This document shows positions 16,781 to 26,885 of a stretch of DNA of 36,634 bases, piece after piece. The DNA comes from an uncultured virus (IMG/VR IMGVR_UViG_3300037011_000237). Its lineage: Duplodnaviria > Heunggongvirae > Uroviricota > Caudoviricetes. The notes beneath the pieces are model-generated. The model made no database searches and was not told the DNA's origin. It saw nothing but the letters and a program-made list of their open reading frames with translations. Position numbers and translations under genes: made by a program. The stretch lies in IMG/VR virus record IMGVR_UViG_3300037011_000237. The stretch is one strand, 5' to 3'. The stretch's first letter is position 1; each line of letters opens with the position of its first letter.

Positions 16781-17077
16781 CTAGTCACTCCTGTCCCGAA
16801 CAATATCTTTCTCAACAATACTATATGTTGTAATAATTTCCATAAGTTCTGTTAAGTCAGTAATCGGATTATTTTCTAACATCCTTTCTAAAACTATTTG
16901 TGCTTTTTCTTTGGGCCAAATTTTTACGGCATATTGAATATTTTTAGTTCTTCCATACATACATTCTTCACCATGTGATAAAAATACATCTTTATTCATA
17001 GTAGTAATTACATAAGATTTTTGTTTGTAAATAATTCGTTCCATTTTCGGTCTCCTTTTTAAGTTGTTTTGCACCAC
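16781..17077 (-). CDS. hypothetical protein (true start probably MERII at about 17044)
   Basis: AAGGAG SD precedes the internal ATG. Confidence 0.55.
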   Translation of the reverse strand: MVQNNLKRRPKMERIIYKQKSYVITTMNKDVFLSHGEECMYGRTKNIQYAVKIWPKEKAQIVLERMLENNPITDLTELMEIITTYSIVEKDIVRDRSD

Positions 17078-17083
17078 AAGTAT

Positions 17084-18280
17084 TTAGTAAATTACTCCAT
17101 CTAATTTTAGTGATTCAAGAAATCTAGTTTCAAATTCTTTTGGAGTCATATATTTAAACATCGTTTCATAATTACATCTGCAAGGATGCATAAAATGTTT
17201 TGTACACATACGCTTTATTCCTTTTCCTTCACTTGAAATTTTTTCTGCACACGCATTACATAATCCATAATGTATATGTAAATCTAAATAAGTAATATGT
17301 GTTCTACAAGAACAACAAATACTATATTTTAGTTTATTTGTATTAAAAATTTTATTATCTTTAATAACATACACATCCTCCATCCTTTTAAAAAATAATC
17401 CTCCCTTTCCTTTTATTACAATCATTGCACTTTTAACAGGATTATAATAAGAAGACACCATTCTTTTCTGATATTCATAATCATCTATCTCTGTGCTTTG
17501 AGTTTTAAATCCTTTAATAATACCAAATTTTGTTGGATAAAATGAAACTACTTCATCATCTTTCTCACAACCTAATTCTTTTTTAATTAACTCCCTCATA
17601 GATTCCATTTTATATTTAACAAAAATATTAGAATGATAATATAAAGAAAACATAATATCTGTTTGTTTATATGTACGGTTATGAAATGCCAAAAATACTT
17701 TATTACATAGCTCTATATCATCTAAAAGTAAAACATTCTCAGGAGAAAATGCGTATTCTATTCCACGATAACAATAATTAACACCTAACCAATAGTTATT
17801 AACTTCTGAAACTAAGCTACAAAAATCTCTTTCTGTAGTATTCATTACTTTTTTACGATCACAAGGTATACTTTTACTGTACACTTCTTCAGATAAAGAT
17901 AATAATCTAAATAAACAATGAATACCATAATATAAATATTTTTTATATTCATATTTATTATTAAGTTCTATAGTTAATAGAATAGACTTTGCATTATTAT
18001 TATTTTCTTGAACATAAACACTACGATCTCCAAAAGTTATTGGAGAAATGGCTACTATTTTAATTTTAATATTTTTAAAGGAATCATTAAATGATTGTAT
18101 AACTTCTTCTATATAATCTGGTACAGCATCCCATCCAAAAATAAAATATTTAGCTGAACCATTATAAGAACTCCAAAATTGGTCAAAACAACCAGCACGA
18201 ATAAGTTTGGGTTCGACAGAAGTAAAAAGTTTAAAATCTAGTTCATCAGAAAAAGCATAATTAGTATGAAATGAGATCAT
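17084..18280 (-). CDS. hypothetical protein with Cys-rich C-terminus
   Basis: 398 aa; CCSC...CNAC...CTKH..HPCRC. Confidence 0.65.
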   Translation of the reverse strand: MISFHTNYAFSDELDFKLFTSVEPKLIRAGCFDQFWSSYNGSAKYFIFGWDAVPDYIEEVIQSFNDSFKNIKIKIVAISPITFGDRSVYVQENNNNAKSILLTIELNNKYEYKKYLYYGIHCLFRLLSLSEEVYSKSIPCDRKKVMNTTERDFCSLVSEVNNYWLGVNYCYRGIEYAFSPENVLLLDDIELCNKVFLAFHNRTYKQTDIMFSLYYHSNIFVKYKMESMRELIKKELGCEKDDEVVSFYPTKFGIIKGFKTQSTEIDDYEYQKRMVSSYYNPVKSAMIVIKGKGGLFFKRMEDVYVIKDNKIFNTNKLKYSICCSCRTHITYLDLHIHYGLCNACAEKISSEGKGIKRMCTKHFMHPCRCNYETMFKYMTPKEFETRFLESLKLDGVIY

Positions 18281-18867
18281 AATTCTTTTTCTAACTCCTT
18301 ATAAAAGTTTTCTGGTTCTAGTATTTTATTCCAAAATTCAGAATATATTAATTCTGGATGAAACTGAAAGCCTAATATCTTTAGTTTCGGATGAAATATT
18401 GCTTCAGTTAATTTATCCTTGGTGTTTCCTAAAGGATAAAAACCAGATGCTAGTTGTTTAATTCCTTGATGATGCATAGAATTTGTTTCTGGAAATATTT
18501 TTTCTAATATTTTACTCCCCCATTCAAAACCTGCTTGAGTATGACACCAATCTATATCTTGATATAAAGTACCACCAAAGAAAACATTAATTAATTGAAG
18601 TCCTCTACAAGTTCCCAAAATTGGTTTTCTATATTTAACAGCCAACCCTAATAAATTATATTCCACTGCATCCCGTTCATTATTATAACAAGAACTAATA
18701 TTTTTTTCTTTATATCTTGCTGGATTTATATCTTCTCCTCCTGTAAATATAACCAACCTAGAATTCTTTACTTGTTCTTCTATTCCTTTTTCATACAATA
18801 AATAAATACGCTCATTAAATTTACTTTGAAAAGCATGGAAAAAACAAGAATAACTTAATAGAATCAT
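18277..18867 (-). CDS. class I glutamine amidotransferase / peptidase C26 (gamma-glutamyl hydrolase-like)
   Basis: FTGGEDINP..Y, RD..E, PILGTCRGLQLINV..GGTLYQD, NSMHHQG, GFQFHPE. Confidence 0.92.
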   Translation of the reverse strand: MILLSYSCFFHAFQSKFNERIYLLYEKGIEEQVKNSRLVIFTGGEDINPARYKEKNISSCYNNERDAVEYNLLGLAVKYRKPILGTCRGLQLINVFFGGTLYQDIDWCHTQAGFEWGSKILEKIFPETNSMHHQGIKQLASGFYPLGNTKDKLTEAIFHPKLKILGFQFHPELIYSEFWNKILEPENFYKELEKEL

Positions 18868-19754
18868 ATGTGTAATATATCCTTTATATATTGAATATTT
18901 TTCTTTGCAAGAGATTGATTACAAGATAATATTGCTTTAAATGTTTGTTCTTTTATTTCCATAGTTAATCCCAATAACAAATCTGGGTCAGTTAAAATCC
19001 TTTCTATTCCTATTTTAATCCAAAATTCCATTTCATCAATAAGAGATTCATTTTTAATCGTTGTCCAAGCATTACTTGGAGTTCTATATTCTATTCCAAA
19101 AGTTCCATTTGGATATTTTTGTGGACGAAATCTTCCCGGTCTTCCATATCTATATGTTCTAATTTTATCTAATTTAGGATGTGGAGAAATACTAGTTATA
19201 AAATTTCCTACGGTAAAACTCATTGCTTTAATTGCAGGAACAGGACTATCTTTTAAAATATCAGAATCCATTACAGAAGTATGTGCATGTCCTCCAGCAT
19301 ATCTAAATTTATGTTCTGATGCATCTTCTTCTATTTGTTCTACTATAATTTCCCATGCATCATAATCTCTATCACAACCAAATCTTGTACAATAAATTCC
19401 TTGTTCATCATTTTTAAACTCATCAATATCAAAATTAATTGTAGGAACAGGATAGAATTCATAGTCATATTCTTTAGCAATATTTCTAATAACTTCCTGT
19501 CCTATTTTACAATTTTTCCAAACGGTTTTCATATTTTCACTGGCAGGAACGCATAATTCAAAAGCAGCACCATCTTCATGAATAATAATTTCTCCACCAA
19601 TTCCGTCTACAATTTTAAATTGTGGATGTCTTTCATCATCTTTTGCTAAAGTAAATCCTTTTCTTCTAATAATTAAAGGAGGAACACAATAACTTTCTCC
19701 ATTAACTTTTCTTCCCACAAAATATTCTGGGTCTGCACCGAACATAAATTTCAT
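18864..19754 (-). CDS. phiEco32-like COOH-NH2 ligase type 2
   Basis: FGADPEYF, HEDGAAFEL, FGCDRDYDAW, RYAGGHAH, YGRPGRFRPQKY..GIEYRTPSNAW. Confidence 0.88.
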   Translation of the reverse strand: MKFMFGADPEYFVGRKVNGESYCVPPLIIRRKGFTLAKDDERHPQFKIVDGIGGEIIIHEDGAAFELCVPASENMKTVWKNCKIGQEVIRNIAKEYDYEFYPVPTINFDIDEFKNDEQGIYCTRFGCDRDYDAWEIIVEQIEEDASEHKFRYAGGHAHTSVMDSDILKDSPVPAIKAMSFTVGNFITSISPHPKLDKIRTYRYGRPGRFRPQKYPNGTFGIEYRTPSNAWTTIKNESLIDEMEFWIKIGIERILTDPDLLLGLTMEIKEQTFKAILSCNQSLAKKNIQYIKDILHI

Positions 19755-19768
19755 TTTATTTTCTCCTT

Positions 19769-20131
19769 TTATTTTACAGAAATTGAGGCTAACTGAATCA
19801 ATAATGATCTAACAACTTCTTTATCTTCTCTATATTGATCAGAATGGTCAGTACAAAAAACTAATCCGGTTTTTGTGTGAACTATCATTTTATCTGCGAC
19901 ATATATTTCTCCACACTTAAAACATTTTGTATATAGTTCCTCTATCGCAAGTTCTCTTTGACAATCAACACAATAAAATATTGGCGTTTCAGAAGTAGAT
20001 TCTCCATAAGAAACTTGAGTGGGAATAATACTTTTAAGATTTCCTACCATAAAATCATGTGCAAGAAATTGTATAGGAAATTTAGCACATACTGTATGAA
20101 TTCTTCCATTATCTTTATGAAAAAGTCTCAT
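19769..20131 (-). CDS. putative Zn-binding protein
   Basis: CVDC, CFKC and CTDH motifs. Confidence 0.6.
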   Translation of the reverse strand: MRLFHKDNGRIHTVCAKFPIQFLAHDFMVGNLKSIIPTQVSYGESTSETPIFYCVDCQRELAIEELYTKCFKCGEIYVADKMIVHTKTGLVFCTDHSDQYREDKEVVRSLLIQLASISVK

Positions 20132-21144
20132 AATTCCTCCTTATAAGTTACTTCAAAATCATCAAATAATCCTATAGTATCTGCATTAACCATTTGTAAA
20201 TTTGTTCCTTTCCTAATATATAAAATTAAAGACGCCTTATCAATACAAGTTATTTTTTTAATACACGGTTGTAAAACCATATCTAATTCCAAATCAATTG
20301 GAAATGTTGAAGGTACAATTACATGAGATAATACTTCTGATAAAGGAAAGACTTCCTTAACCTGAGAAACTTTAACTATTGGAAAAGGAAGAACACCATC
20401 ATCATCATAATTTTCCTCACCATATCTAGGAACTATTCCTTCAGTTATAACTTTTTTATCTTCTTTTTTAAACGCCCTATCCCCTATTTTTAATAATGCA
20501 TCAACTATTGATAAATCTTCTATATCACAACTTTCTTCTGGAGAAAATTGTAAAGCAAAAGTATCAGTAACTTTAAATACATCATTACTAACTGGAGAAT
20601 ACATTAAATTACCAGCCAAAGATATACCAAAAGCCGTACATTCCCCTTCTTCAGCAAAACAAAACTTTTTTTCTTTCATTCTAGACAGAAGATATAACAT
20701 ATTTGTTTTTTCTTTGTTTGACACATAAAAATAACCTATTTTATCATTTCCATCTCTACCTGAATAACAAAATCCACATGCGGGTGCTGTTGAATCAATA
20801 GTACGATTAATATTTGGAGACCATTCAAAATAGTTTATATTCCTATCACCATTTTTTATTACCATATCTCCTGTCATAAAATTAAAAGTACAGGTATCTT
20901 CAATGTTAAGTTCCTTATCTAATTTATTTGCTATTTTGTCAGAAACGGATTCTGTTGCATGAGTTATACACGATATAATAATTCTTGTGTCATACTTATC
21001 TTTTTTTGCCACAGCCAACTCTTTAACATCCCCCTTGTAAAATAATACTGGTAGAATTGAAATTAAATCCTCATCTCCCAAACTAAAAAATCTTAATTCT
21101 GGAGTATCCAATGCATTATATGAGTGTTTACAAAGTATTGACAT
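20128..21144 (-). CDS. hypothetical protein (possibly degenerate Ntn/GATase-II fold)
   Basis: 338-aa ORF; only weak resemblance by eye. Confidence 0.55.
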   Translation of the reverse strand: MSILCKHSYNALDTPELRFFSLGDEDLISILPVLFYKGDVKELAVAKKDKYDTRIIISCITHATESVSDKIANKLDKELNIEDTCTFNFMTGDMVIKNGDRNINYFEWSPNINRTIDSTAPACGFCYSGRDGNDKIGYFYVSNKEKTNMLYLLSRMKEKKFCFAEEGECTAFGISLAGNLMYSPVSNDVFKVTDTFALQFSPEESCDIEDLSIVDALLKIGDRAFKKEDKKVITEGIVPRYGEENYDDDGVLPFPIVKVSQVKEVFPLSEVLSHVIVPSTFPIDLELDMVLQPCIKKITCIDKASLILYIRKGTNLQMVNADTIGLFDDFEVTYKEEL

Positions 21145-21910
21145 ATTCTCTCCCTTTAGAAGTGATTTTTATTTTTCCTTTGAATAATAATTGTGGTTCA
21201 ATTTCGGTTTGAAGGGTTTCTTTACTTACACCTAAAGAAGAAACTAATGTTTGTAAAGATGCTGTTTTTATTCTTTCCAATAATTCTAAATACTCCCTTT
21301 CTAATGAAGTCATTCCATTTATGATGTTAAAATAATCTGATATTATCTCTATTAATGAATTTATAGTTAATGTTTGCCTCCCGGTTTGTCTTAAAATAGA
21401 AGTTATTCTTACACAATATTGACTAATTCTTCTTGGATTTCCTTCTGCAGCTTCAATAATAATATCTAGCAATTCATTATTTAATCTTATTGGCATATAA
21501 CTACTAACAATTTCTCTTAATTCTTCTTGTGAATATCTTGCAAATAATAGCTCAATAACCCTAGTTCTAAATGCTTCTGGTAATAATTGTGGTTGATTTG
21601 TAGCAAAAATAAAAAAGTTTTGTTTTGCATCTATTATTGGATATATTCTTTCTACTTCGTAACCCAATCTATGAATTTCATCAATAAAAATAAGTCTATG
21701 TTTTTGTGATTCATATTCTATCCTTGAAAAAAATTCATCTTTATTGTCTGCAATTTTATATAAGAAAGTTTTATTTAAAAAATTCGCTATCTTGAATCCC
21801 AGTAATGTTTTTCCTTGTCCCGGATTTCCAATCAAAAGTAAATTAAAATTTTCTTTTGCTGGAAGTATTACAGATAATTCTTTTAGAATATGTTCTTGTC
21901 CTATAAACAT
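21128..21910 (-). CDS. RuvB-like AAA+ ATPase
   Basis: FIGQEH, GNPGQGKT, FIDEIHRL, FATN, AFRTR, YSQEEL, GNPR, C-terminal winged-helix-like EIEPQLL..G.I.ITSKGR. Confidence 0.8.
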   Translation of the reverse strand: MFIGQEHILKELSVILPAKENFNLLLIGNPGQGKTLLGFKIANFLNKTFLYKIADNKDEFFSRIEYESQKHRLIFIDEIHRLGYEVERIYPIIDAKQNFFIFATNQPQLLPEAFRTRVIELLFARYSQEELREIVSSYMPIRLNNELLDIIIEAAEGNPRRISQYCVRITSILRQTGRQTLTINSLIEIISDYFNIINGMTSLEREYLELLERIKTASLQTLVSSLGVSKETLQTEIEPQLLFKGKIKITSKGREYVNTL

Positions 21911-21912
21911 TT

Positions 21913-22638
21913 TTACCTATAAATAGTCTTTATTTTATTAAGAATATATTCTGCATATAAATTAGCAGTATGTTCATTTAATCCTGGTGCAGAATTTCCT
22001 TCAAAAACCACATATTCTTTTACACTAGAATCCCACCCTAAATCTAAAGCCATAAAACAATTACTAAACATTGGAGTTGAAAAAATCTTTTTTACAACAG
22101 AATTTACTTTTGGATATGTTTCATTTTCTCTTAAAGAAAAATGCCAGCCATTACTAGAGGTTCTAATATAATTTTCACCCCCTTCTTTACGAAAAATTCT
22201 TATAATTTTTCCTCCTAAAACATGAACTCTTAATTCAAAATCTGTCGCAATATATGGTGTCCAATATGCATTTTCATAATGAAAATCTTTTGCATTATTT
22301 ACTAAAATCATTCCTCTTCCACCAAAAGAATTTAAAGTAGTTCTTACAATTATTGGAAAATGAGATGGACTTCCTCTGGAAAATACTGGAGTATAAATGT
22401 TATTCTCTCTCATCATATTAGAAAAACTTAACTTATTAGAACAAGTCCTTATTACTTCCAAAGAATTTAATGTATCAATTCCTTCATGTAAAGAAGTAGA
22501 ACCATATCTTATTACATAATCTCCACGATTAATTCTTTCGGTTCTTCTTGTAGAAATACATTGTTCGCCTAAATTTCTTAATTCTTCAGCTAATATTCTT
22601 GCAGAAATAAATGATGTATTTGATAATACTTTAAGCAT
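21913..22638 (-). CDS. ATP-grasp ligase (phiEco32-like)
   Basis: SNKL, PIIVR....GGRG, ELRVHV, FMALDLG, VFEGNSAPGL. Confidence 0.85.
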   Translation of the reverse strand: MLKVLSNTSFISARILAEELRNLGEQCISTRRTERINRGDYVIRYGSTSLHEGIDTLNSLEVIRTCSNKLSFSNMMRENNIYTPVFSRGSPSHFPIIVRTTLNSFGGRGMILVNNAKDFHYENAYWTPYIATDFELRVHVLGGKIIRIFRKEGGENYIRTSSNGWHFSLRENETYPKVNSVVKKIFSTPMFSNCFMALDLGWDSSVKEYVVFEGNSAPGLNEHTANLYAEYILNKIKTIYR

Positions 22639-23818
22639 ATTTCTCCTTTAGAAATTTTTCTAGTTCATTTATGAAAGATATTTGCTCCGAACGAGAAGTA
22701 ATCAACATATAAGGGTATTGATGATTGTTTTCTTTGTAAAAATCAAAGGGTATAAATGGAAATTTATATTTTTCAATAAGTTTTCCCACATCTTTTCTAA
22801 AATGTTTACTAGTCGTTAGTCTTGGTATAACTTTAGTAAGAAAATCATCCATGTCACTTTCTTCAATAGTTAAAATTCCTTTTTCTACAGTAAAGAATAG
22901 TAATCTATCTATATCATCCACACTTAAATAAAATTCCTCCATAAAATTAATAGTTTTATTAATAACCCCAATATCTATCGAGGAATGTTTGTAAGTTGTC
23001 TTTTTCACTGTCGAATAATCCCAATTGCTGGAAAAAGGGATAGTTTCTTTTTCAGACTCCTTTATTTCTCCAACTTTTATTAATTTACTTGCTTTGTATA
23101 AATAAATTGTTTCTTTATTTAATTCTTCAATGGGTGTATATTCAACCTCAATTCCACTTCCTAACAATAAATTAGAAAATAAATGAATAGTTCTGTTTAA
23201 ACTATCTTTTTCCGTATTAACTGCTATTCCAATAATAGTTTCTTCTCTTGAAAATACAGTAAAACATAATTCTGCCGTTTTACCCCTAACAATATAATAT
23301 TGATTTTCTGGTTTACAATAAATCATAAAAGCAAATTTTCCACAAAACATATCCATAGCATTTTTTAATGCTGTAGGAACATCTTTTACCTTTGCATATT
23401 CAGATTCTAATGCAAAGGTAAAAATTTCCGAATCTATAACATCTGCTTTTGTAACATTTTTCTTTTTTATTTCATCAATAGTAACCTCAGATTTTTTCTT
23501 AACTACCAATGTTCCATTATGTGCTAAAACAAAGTTATCTGTTTCAAAAGGATGAGAATTATCTGAAGAAATAGTTGTTCCGAAAGACGCCAATCTAACA
23601 TGAGAAATTATTGGAGAAGTTCTAACATGATATTCTTCTATAATTTTACCAATATCTGTTGTTAGTTGTGCATTCATATGTGTTTTAAAAATTTTTCCAC
23701 CACCAAATATTCCCCAACCATCATGATGAGAAATAAATGTGTTACAAATAAGACTTAATATAGAAAACATTTCGGTTTGTGCTGGAATATTAATTTTACA
23801 AAAAGTTAATTGGCACAT
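22631..23818 (-). CDS. class II (Ntn) glutamine amidotransferase
   Basis: N-terminal MCQL, HDGWG, SHVRLAS, NSHPF, AHNGTL, IDSE, GKFAF. Confidence 0.9.
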   Translation of the reverse strand: MCQLTFCKINIPAQTEMFSILSLICNTFISHHDGWGIFGGGKIFKTHMNAQLTTDIGKIIEEYHVRTSPIISHVRLASFGTTISSDNSHPFETDNFVLAHNGTLVVKKKSEVTIDEIKKKNVTKADVIDSEIFTFALESEYAKVKDVPTALKNAMDMFCGKFAFMIYCKPENQYYIVRGKTAELCFTVFSREETIIGIAVNTEKDSLNRTIHLFSNLLLGSGIEVEYTPIEELNKETIYLYKASKLIKVGEIKESEKETIPFSSNWDYSTVKKTTYKHSSIDIGVINKTINFMEEFYLSVDDIDRLLFFTVEKGILTIEESDMDDFLTKVIPRLTTSKHFRKDVGKLIEKYKFPFIPFDFYKENNHQYPYMLITSRSEQISFINELEKFLKEKYA

Positions 23819-23844
23819 TTATATTTTCCTTTTCTATTTTGTTG

Positions 23845-25176
23845 TTATGAATTATTTTCGTCCGGAGGATTATTTTCATAATTCAGCCCGGTAATTTCTA
23901 ACTCACGATTTCTTACCTCGCTTCTATATTCTTCTACAGCAGAAGAAAGATCATTATTAGTTCTATTTATTGAAGGAATAGATTCTACTGTAGATTCTCC
24001 TGTAAACCATGTATTAGAAACTGAGATTATTGGTGGAGTATTATTTTCAATTTGTGGGGATGAAACAGTATCCATAGAAAAAGATGGTAATCTACTTCTT
24101 CTTTCTCCAACTTCTTCTGGAGAACCAGAATTAAAATTATGAATATCAATAAATCCGGAAGGATAAAATTCATTAGTATCTAATGCTTTTGCTTTCCACA
24201 CATTATCTATTGTAGTATAATCTCTTAAATGTGTTTGAATAAATTTCGGCTCAATATTAATTTTTGGAGTTCTCTCTAAAATAGTAAATAATATTTTTCT
24301 CCAATAAGGTTCTATTTCCGTATATGAACAAAATTTATCCAATAATTCTTGAGAACTCATTACTGGTTCATATACACTAGAAACAAAATCAAATGGAGTT
24401 TTTCCTTGAAATGCTAAATTGGTAAATTCTTGACAAAACCTAATACAGGCTAAAATATAATCTGAATTTAAAGTTGTATTAAAAATTCTAAATTCTAATG
24501 TAGAATGTAAGAAAGCACTAAAAAGATTAAGATAAAAATATCTTACGGGATGATATCTATTTGGAGGGTTTCTCACATCTATTCCTCCAAAATATTTCCA
24601 AAAAGAATCTATATCTTCTGATTTTAAAACTTCATTTATATCTAATAATTGAATCCATTCCCCACTTGTATTTTTTACTACTGGTGGACCAAAAAGAGAA
24701 AGTGGTCTACAAAAAATAGAATTATTTACTCTTCCTCTAAAATCATATCCCATTCCACCCAAATGAAAAATTAAAGATTCAAGAGCTAATCCTAATTTAA
24801 TAGTACTAATTAAAATTTTATGAGAAATAGGATATGCACAATGAATATGAATTCCTGCTCTTTCTTCTTCATCAAAAGCACCAAATTTACAAAGTCTTCT
24901 AGTTAAAAGATTTATTGCTTGTTCCATTTTATCAAATGTAAGTGGAGTAGAAACTAATTCTATACCAGAAACTCCTCTTTCCAAATGACGAAATATTTGA
25001 GGAAGATTTTCAGACTCTAACATATACATATTATTTCTCAAATAAATAATAGGAGATTCTATACTAGCATCATGTGTTGCTTTAAAATATTTAGCAAATA
25101 ATTCATCTTTAAAAAATTCTGGTGATAATTTTGCAGTGGTTTCAAATTCTATTCCAACAGTGTCTAATTGATACAT
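23845..25176 (-). CDS. amidoligase (Amidoligase_2-like COOH-NH2 ligase) with low-complexity C-terminal tail
   Basis: VGIEFE, HDASI, GIELVS.P, AGIHIH, RY..LN, TLEFRIFNTT. Confidence 0.85.
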   Translation of the reverse strand: MYQLDTVGIEFETTAKLSPEFFKDELFAKYFKATHDASIESPIIYLRNNMYMLESENLPQIFRHLERGVSGIELVSTPLTFDKMEQAINLLTRRLCKFGAFDEEERAGIHIHCAYPISHKILISTIKLGLALESLIFHLGGMGYDFRGRVNNSIFCRPLSLFGPPVVKNTSGEWIQLLDINEVLKSEDIDSFWKYFGGIDVRNPPNRYHPVRYFYLNLFSAFLHSTLEFRIFNTTLNSDYILACIRFCQEFTNLAFQGKTPFDFVSSVYEPVMSSQELLDKFCSYTEIEPYWRKILFTILERTPKINIEPKFIQTHLRDYTTIDNVWKAKALDTNEFYPSGFIDIHNFNSGSPEEVGERRSRLPSFSMDTVSSPQIENNTPPIISVSNTWFTGESTVESIPSINRTNNDLSSAVEEYRSEVRNRELEITGLNYENNPPDENNS

Positions 25177-25185
25177 TTATGCTCC

Positions 25186-25746
25186 TTAAAATAAAGCTAC
25201 CGAATTTAAGAAAATTCTTGGACTGTTATCAAGAAATTTATTATATAAATCAAAAGCAGATATTTTTCTATCATCCTGTACAAAATAAATATTATCTTCT
25301 ATTTTATAATTTAAAATAACATTTGCAACAATTCTGTGTCCAGCCACTAAATTTTTAATCTTTTTAGTTGTTCCATCTGGAAATAAAATAAACAAATCAA
25401 TAGGATTTACATCTACAGTATAAAAAGGAAACCAACAACCAGTATAGGGAGAATGAATTTTTTCATGTAATAATAAACCATTTATCGGGTTAATACTATT
25501 TATTGTAACTTTGTTTCCAATCATTGAGTCTAATTTAAAAGGATAACCTAAACCCCAATGAAACTCATTTCTTTCATAATTTGTTAAAAAACAATATGTT
25601 GCATTAACTATTACTTCTGATCCAAGTTTTATATCAGGATGTTCTTCAAACCATTTATTTTGAAGTACTCCATAAAGGTTTTGTCTATATGTTGTATTAC
25701 ATACTGGGGAACTAGAAGTTGATGAACTACAATCGTAAGTTGCCAT
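25186..25746 (-). CDS. hypothetical protein
   Basis: 186 aa, GGAG SD. Confidence 0.6.
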   Translation of the reverse strand: MATYDCSSSTSSSPVCNTTYRQNLYGVLQNKWFEEHPDIKLGSEVIVNATYCFLTNYERNEFHWGLGYPFKLDSMIGNKVTINSINPINGLLLHEKIHSPYTGCWFPFYTVDVNPIDLFILFPDGTTKKIKNLVAGHRIVANVILNYKIEDNIYFVQDDRKISAFDLYNKFLDNSPRIFLNSVALF

Positions 25747-25832
25747 TTTTCTCCAATAAATATATTAAATTGTTGGAATTAAATTACTTTATTACCCCCT
25801 ATAAAAACTGTTTTGCACCCCAAGGTTTTATT

Positions 25833-26303
25833 TTAATTTGTACAAAGGTTTCCCCAATCTCCAAAAGATAAACCATATTCATCATTATTATTAGAATCCT
25901 GATGTAATCTAACACCCCTTTCAGATTCTAAATCAAATACTCTTTTCTTAAGCATATTACACATTTGATATCTTAATTCTTCACGTGTATTCCACAAAAT
26001 ATTCATTACTTCCATTAATGTTATTTCTGGTTTATAAAATATAACGTGTCTCCAAATATCTAAAGAACTTCTATGTCTTCCGGTTGAAGTTTCTACTTCT
26101 TTTGTTACAGTATTTTTAGAATAATAATGTTCTTTGTGTCGCAAAATACAAGTTACTAATTTTACTGTAGAATCAATTTCCTTCTTCTTGATTTGTTTCT
26201 TAATTCCAAGATTAGAAGGATTTCCTTCTGAATCACAAAAAATTAATGGTGCTTTTTCTTTATCTGGTAACTTCTTTAAATATTCTTCAACATTGTTTGC
26301 CAT
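25833..26303 (-). CDS. hypothetical protein
   Basis: 156 aa, AGGAGG SD. Confidence 0.65.
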   Translation of the reverse strand: MANNVEEYLKKLPDKEKAPLIFCDSEGNPSNLGIKKQIKKKEIDSTVKLVTCILRHKEHYYSKNTVTKEVETSTGRHRSSLDIWRHVIFYKPEITLMEVMNILWNTREELRYQMCNMLKKRVFDLESERGVRLHQDSNNNDEYGLSFGDWGNLCTN

Positions 26304-26312
26304 TTATTCCTC

Positions 26313-26564
26313 CTATAAATATATTAAATATTTGAGAATTAAAACCACAATCGCTATTGGAATAGTTAATTCTCCACTAAACATTCCAATAACAAATGCC
26401 CAAAACAAAGGAATTGTTTTACCAAGAAAAGTTAACAGTAAATAATTTACTGACCATATTCCAAGTACCATATTAATAAGAAGTATTAGAAAGAAACATC
26501 CACCCCTTATTGTGGAATTTCTTTCCTCCGTTTGATAAAAAGAAAGAACATTTCTTACTTTCAT
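26313..26564 (-). CDS. small membrane protein
   Basis: two to three hydrophobic helices. Confidence 0.65.
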   Translation of the reverse strand: MKVRNVLSFYQTEERNSTIRGGCFFLILLINMVLGIWSVNYLLLTFLGKTIPLFWAFVIGMFSGELTIPIAIVVLILKYLIYL

Positions 26565-26858
26565 TTATTTATTCTCCTTTCTAATCTTGAAATTCTTATG
26601 AAATTCCAGCCAGAAAATAATTCTTTCGTCTCTGGAATACTTCTTTATAGCCTTTTGAAATGCCCTTGCTTTTCCTAAATTTCTATTTAACTTATCAATT
26701 GGATTTAATTTAGAAACTCCTTTTGTAATTACTACTTTCTTATCGGGTTCAGAAATCCAACAGAAAGTTGTAAATCTTTTCTTCTTTCTACTATTCGCAT
26801 CTGTTACTACATGGTGAAAATGTACAATATATACTTTCTTTCCAAGTGTTACTTTCAT
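26565..26858 (-). CDS. small phage protein with T.C.I...G.S...P.D..NR..GK..A..KA motif (N4 gp49-like)
   Basis: TTFCWI...GVSKLNPIDKLNRNLGKARAFQKA. Confidence 0.5.
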   Translation of the reverse strand: MKVTLGKKVYIVHFHHVVTDANSRKKKRFTTFCWISEPDKKVVITKGVSKLNPIDKLNRNLGKARAFQKAIKKYSRDERIIFWLEFHKNFKIRKENK

Positions 26859-26885
26859 TTTATTTCCTCCTTTTTAATCAGAATA

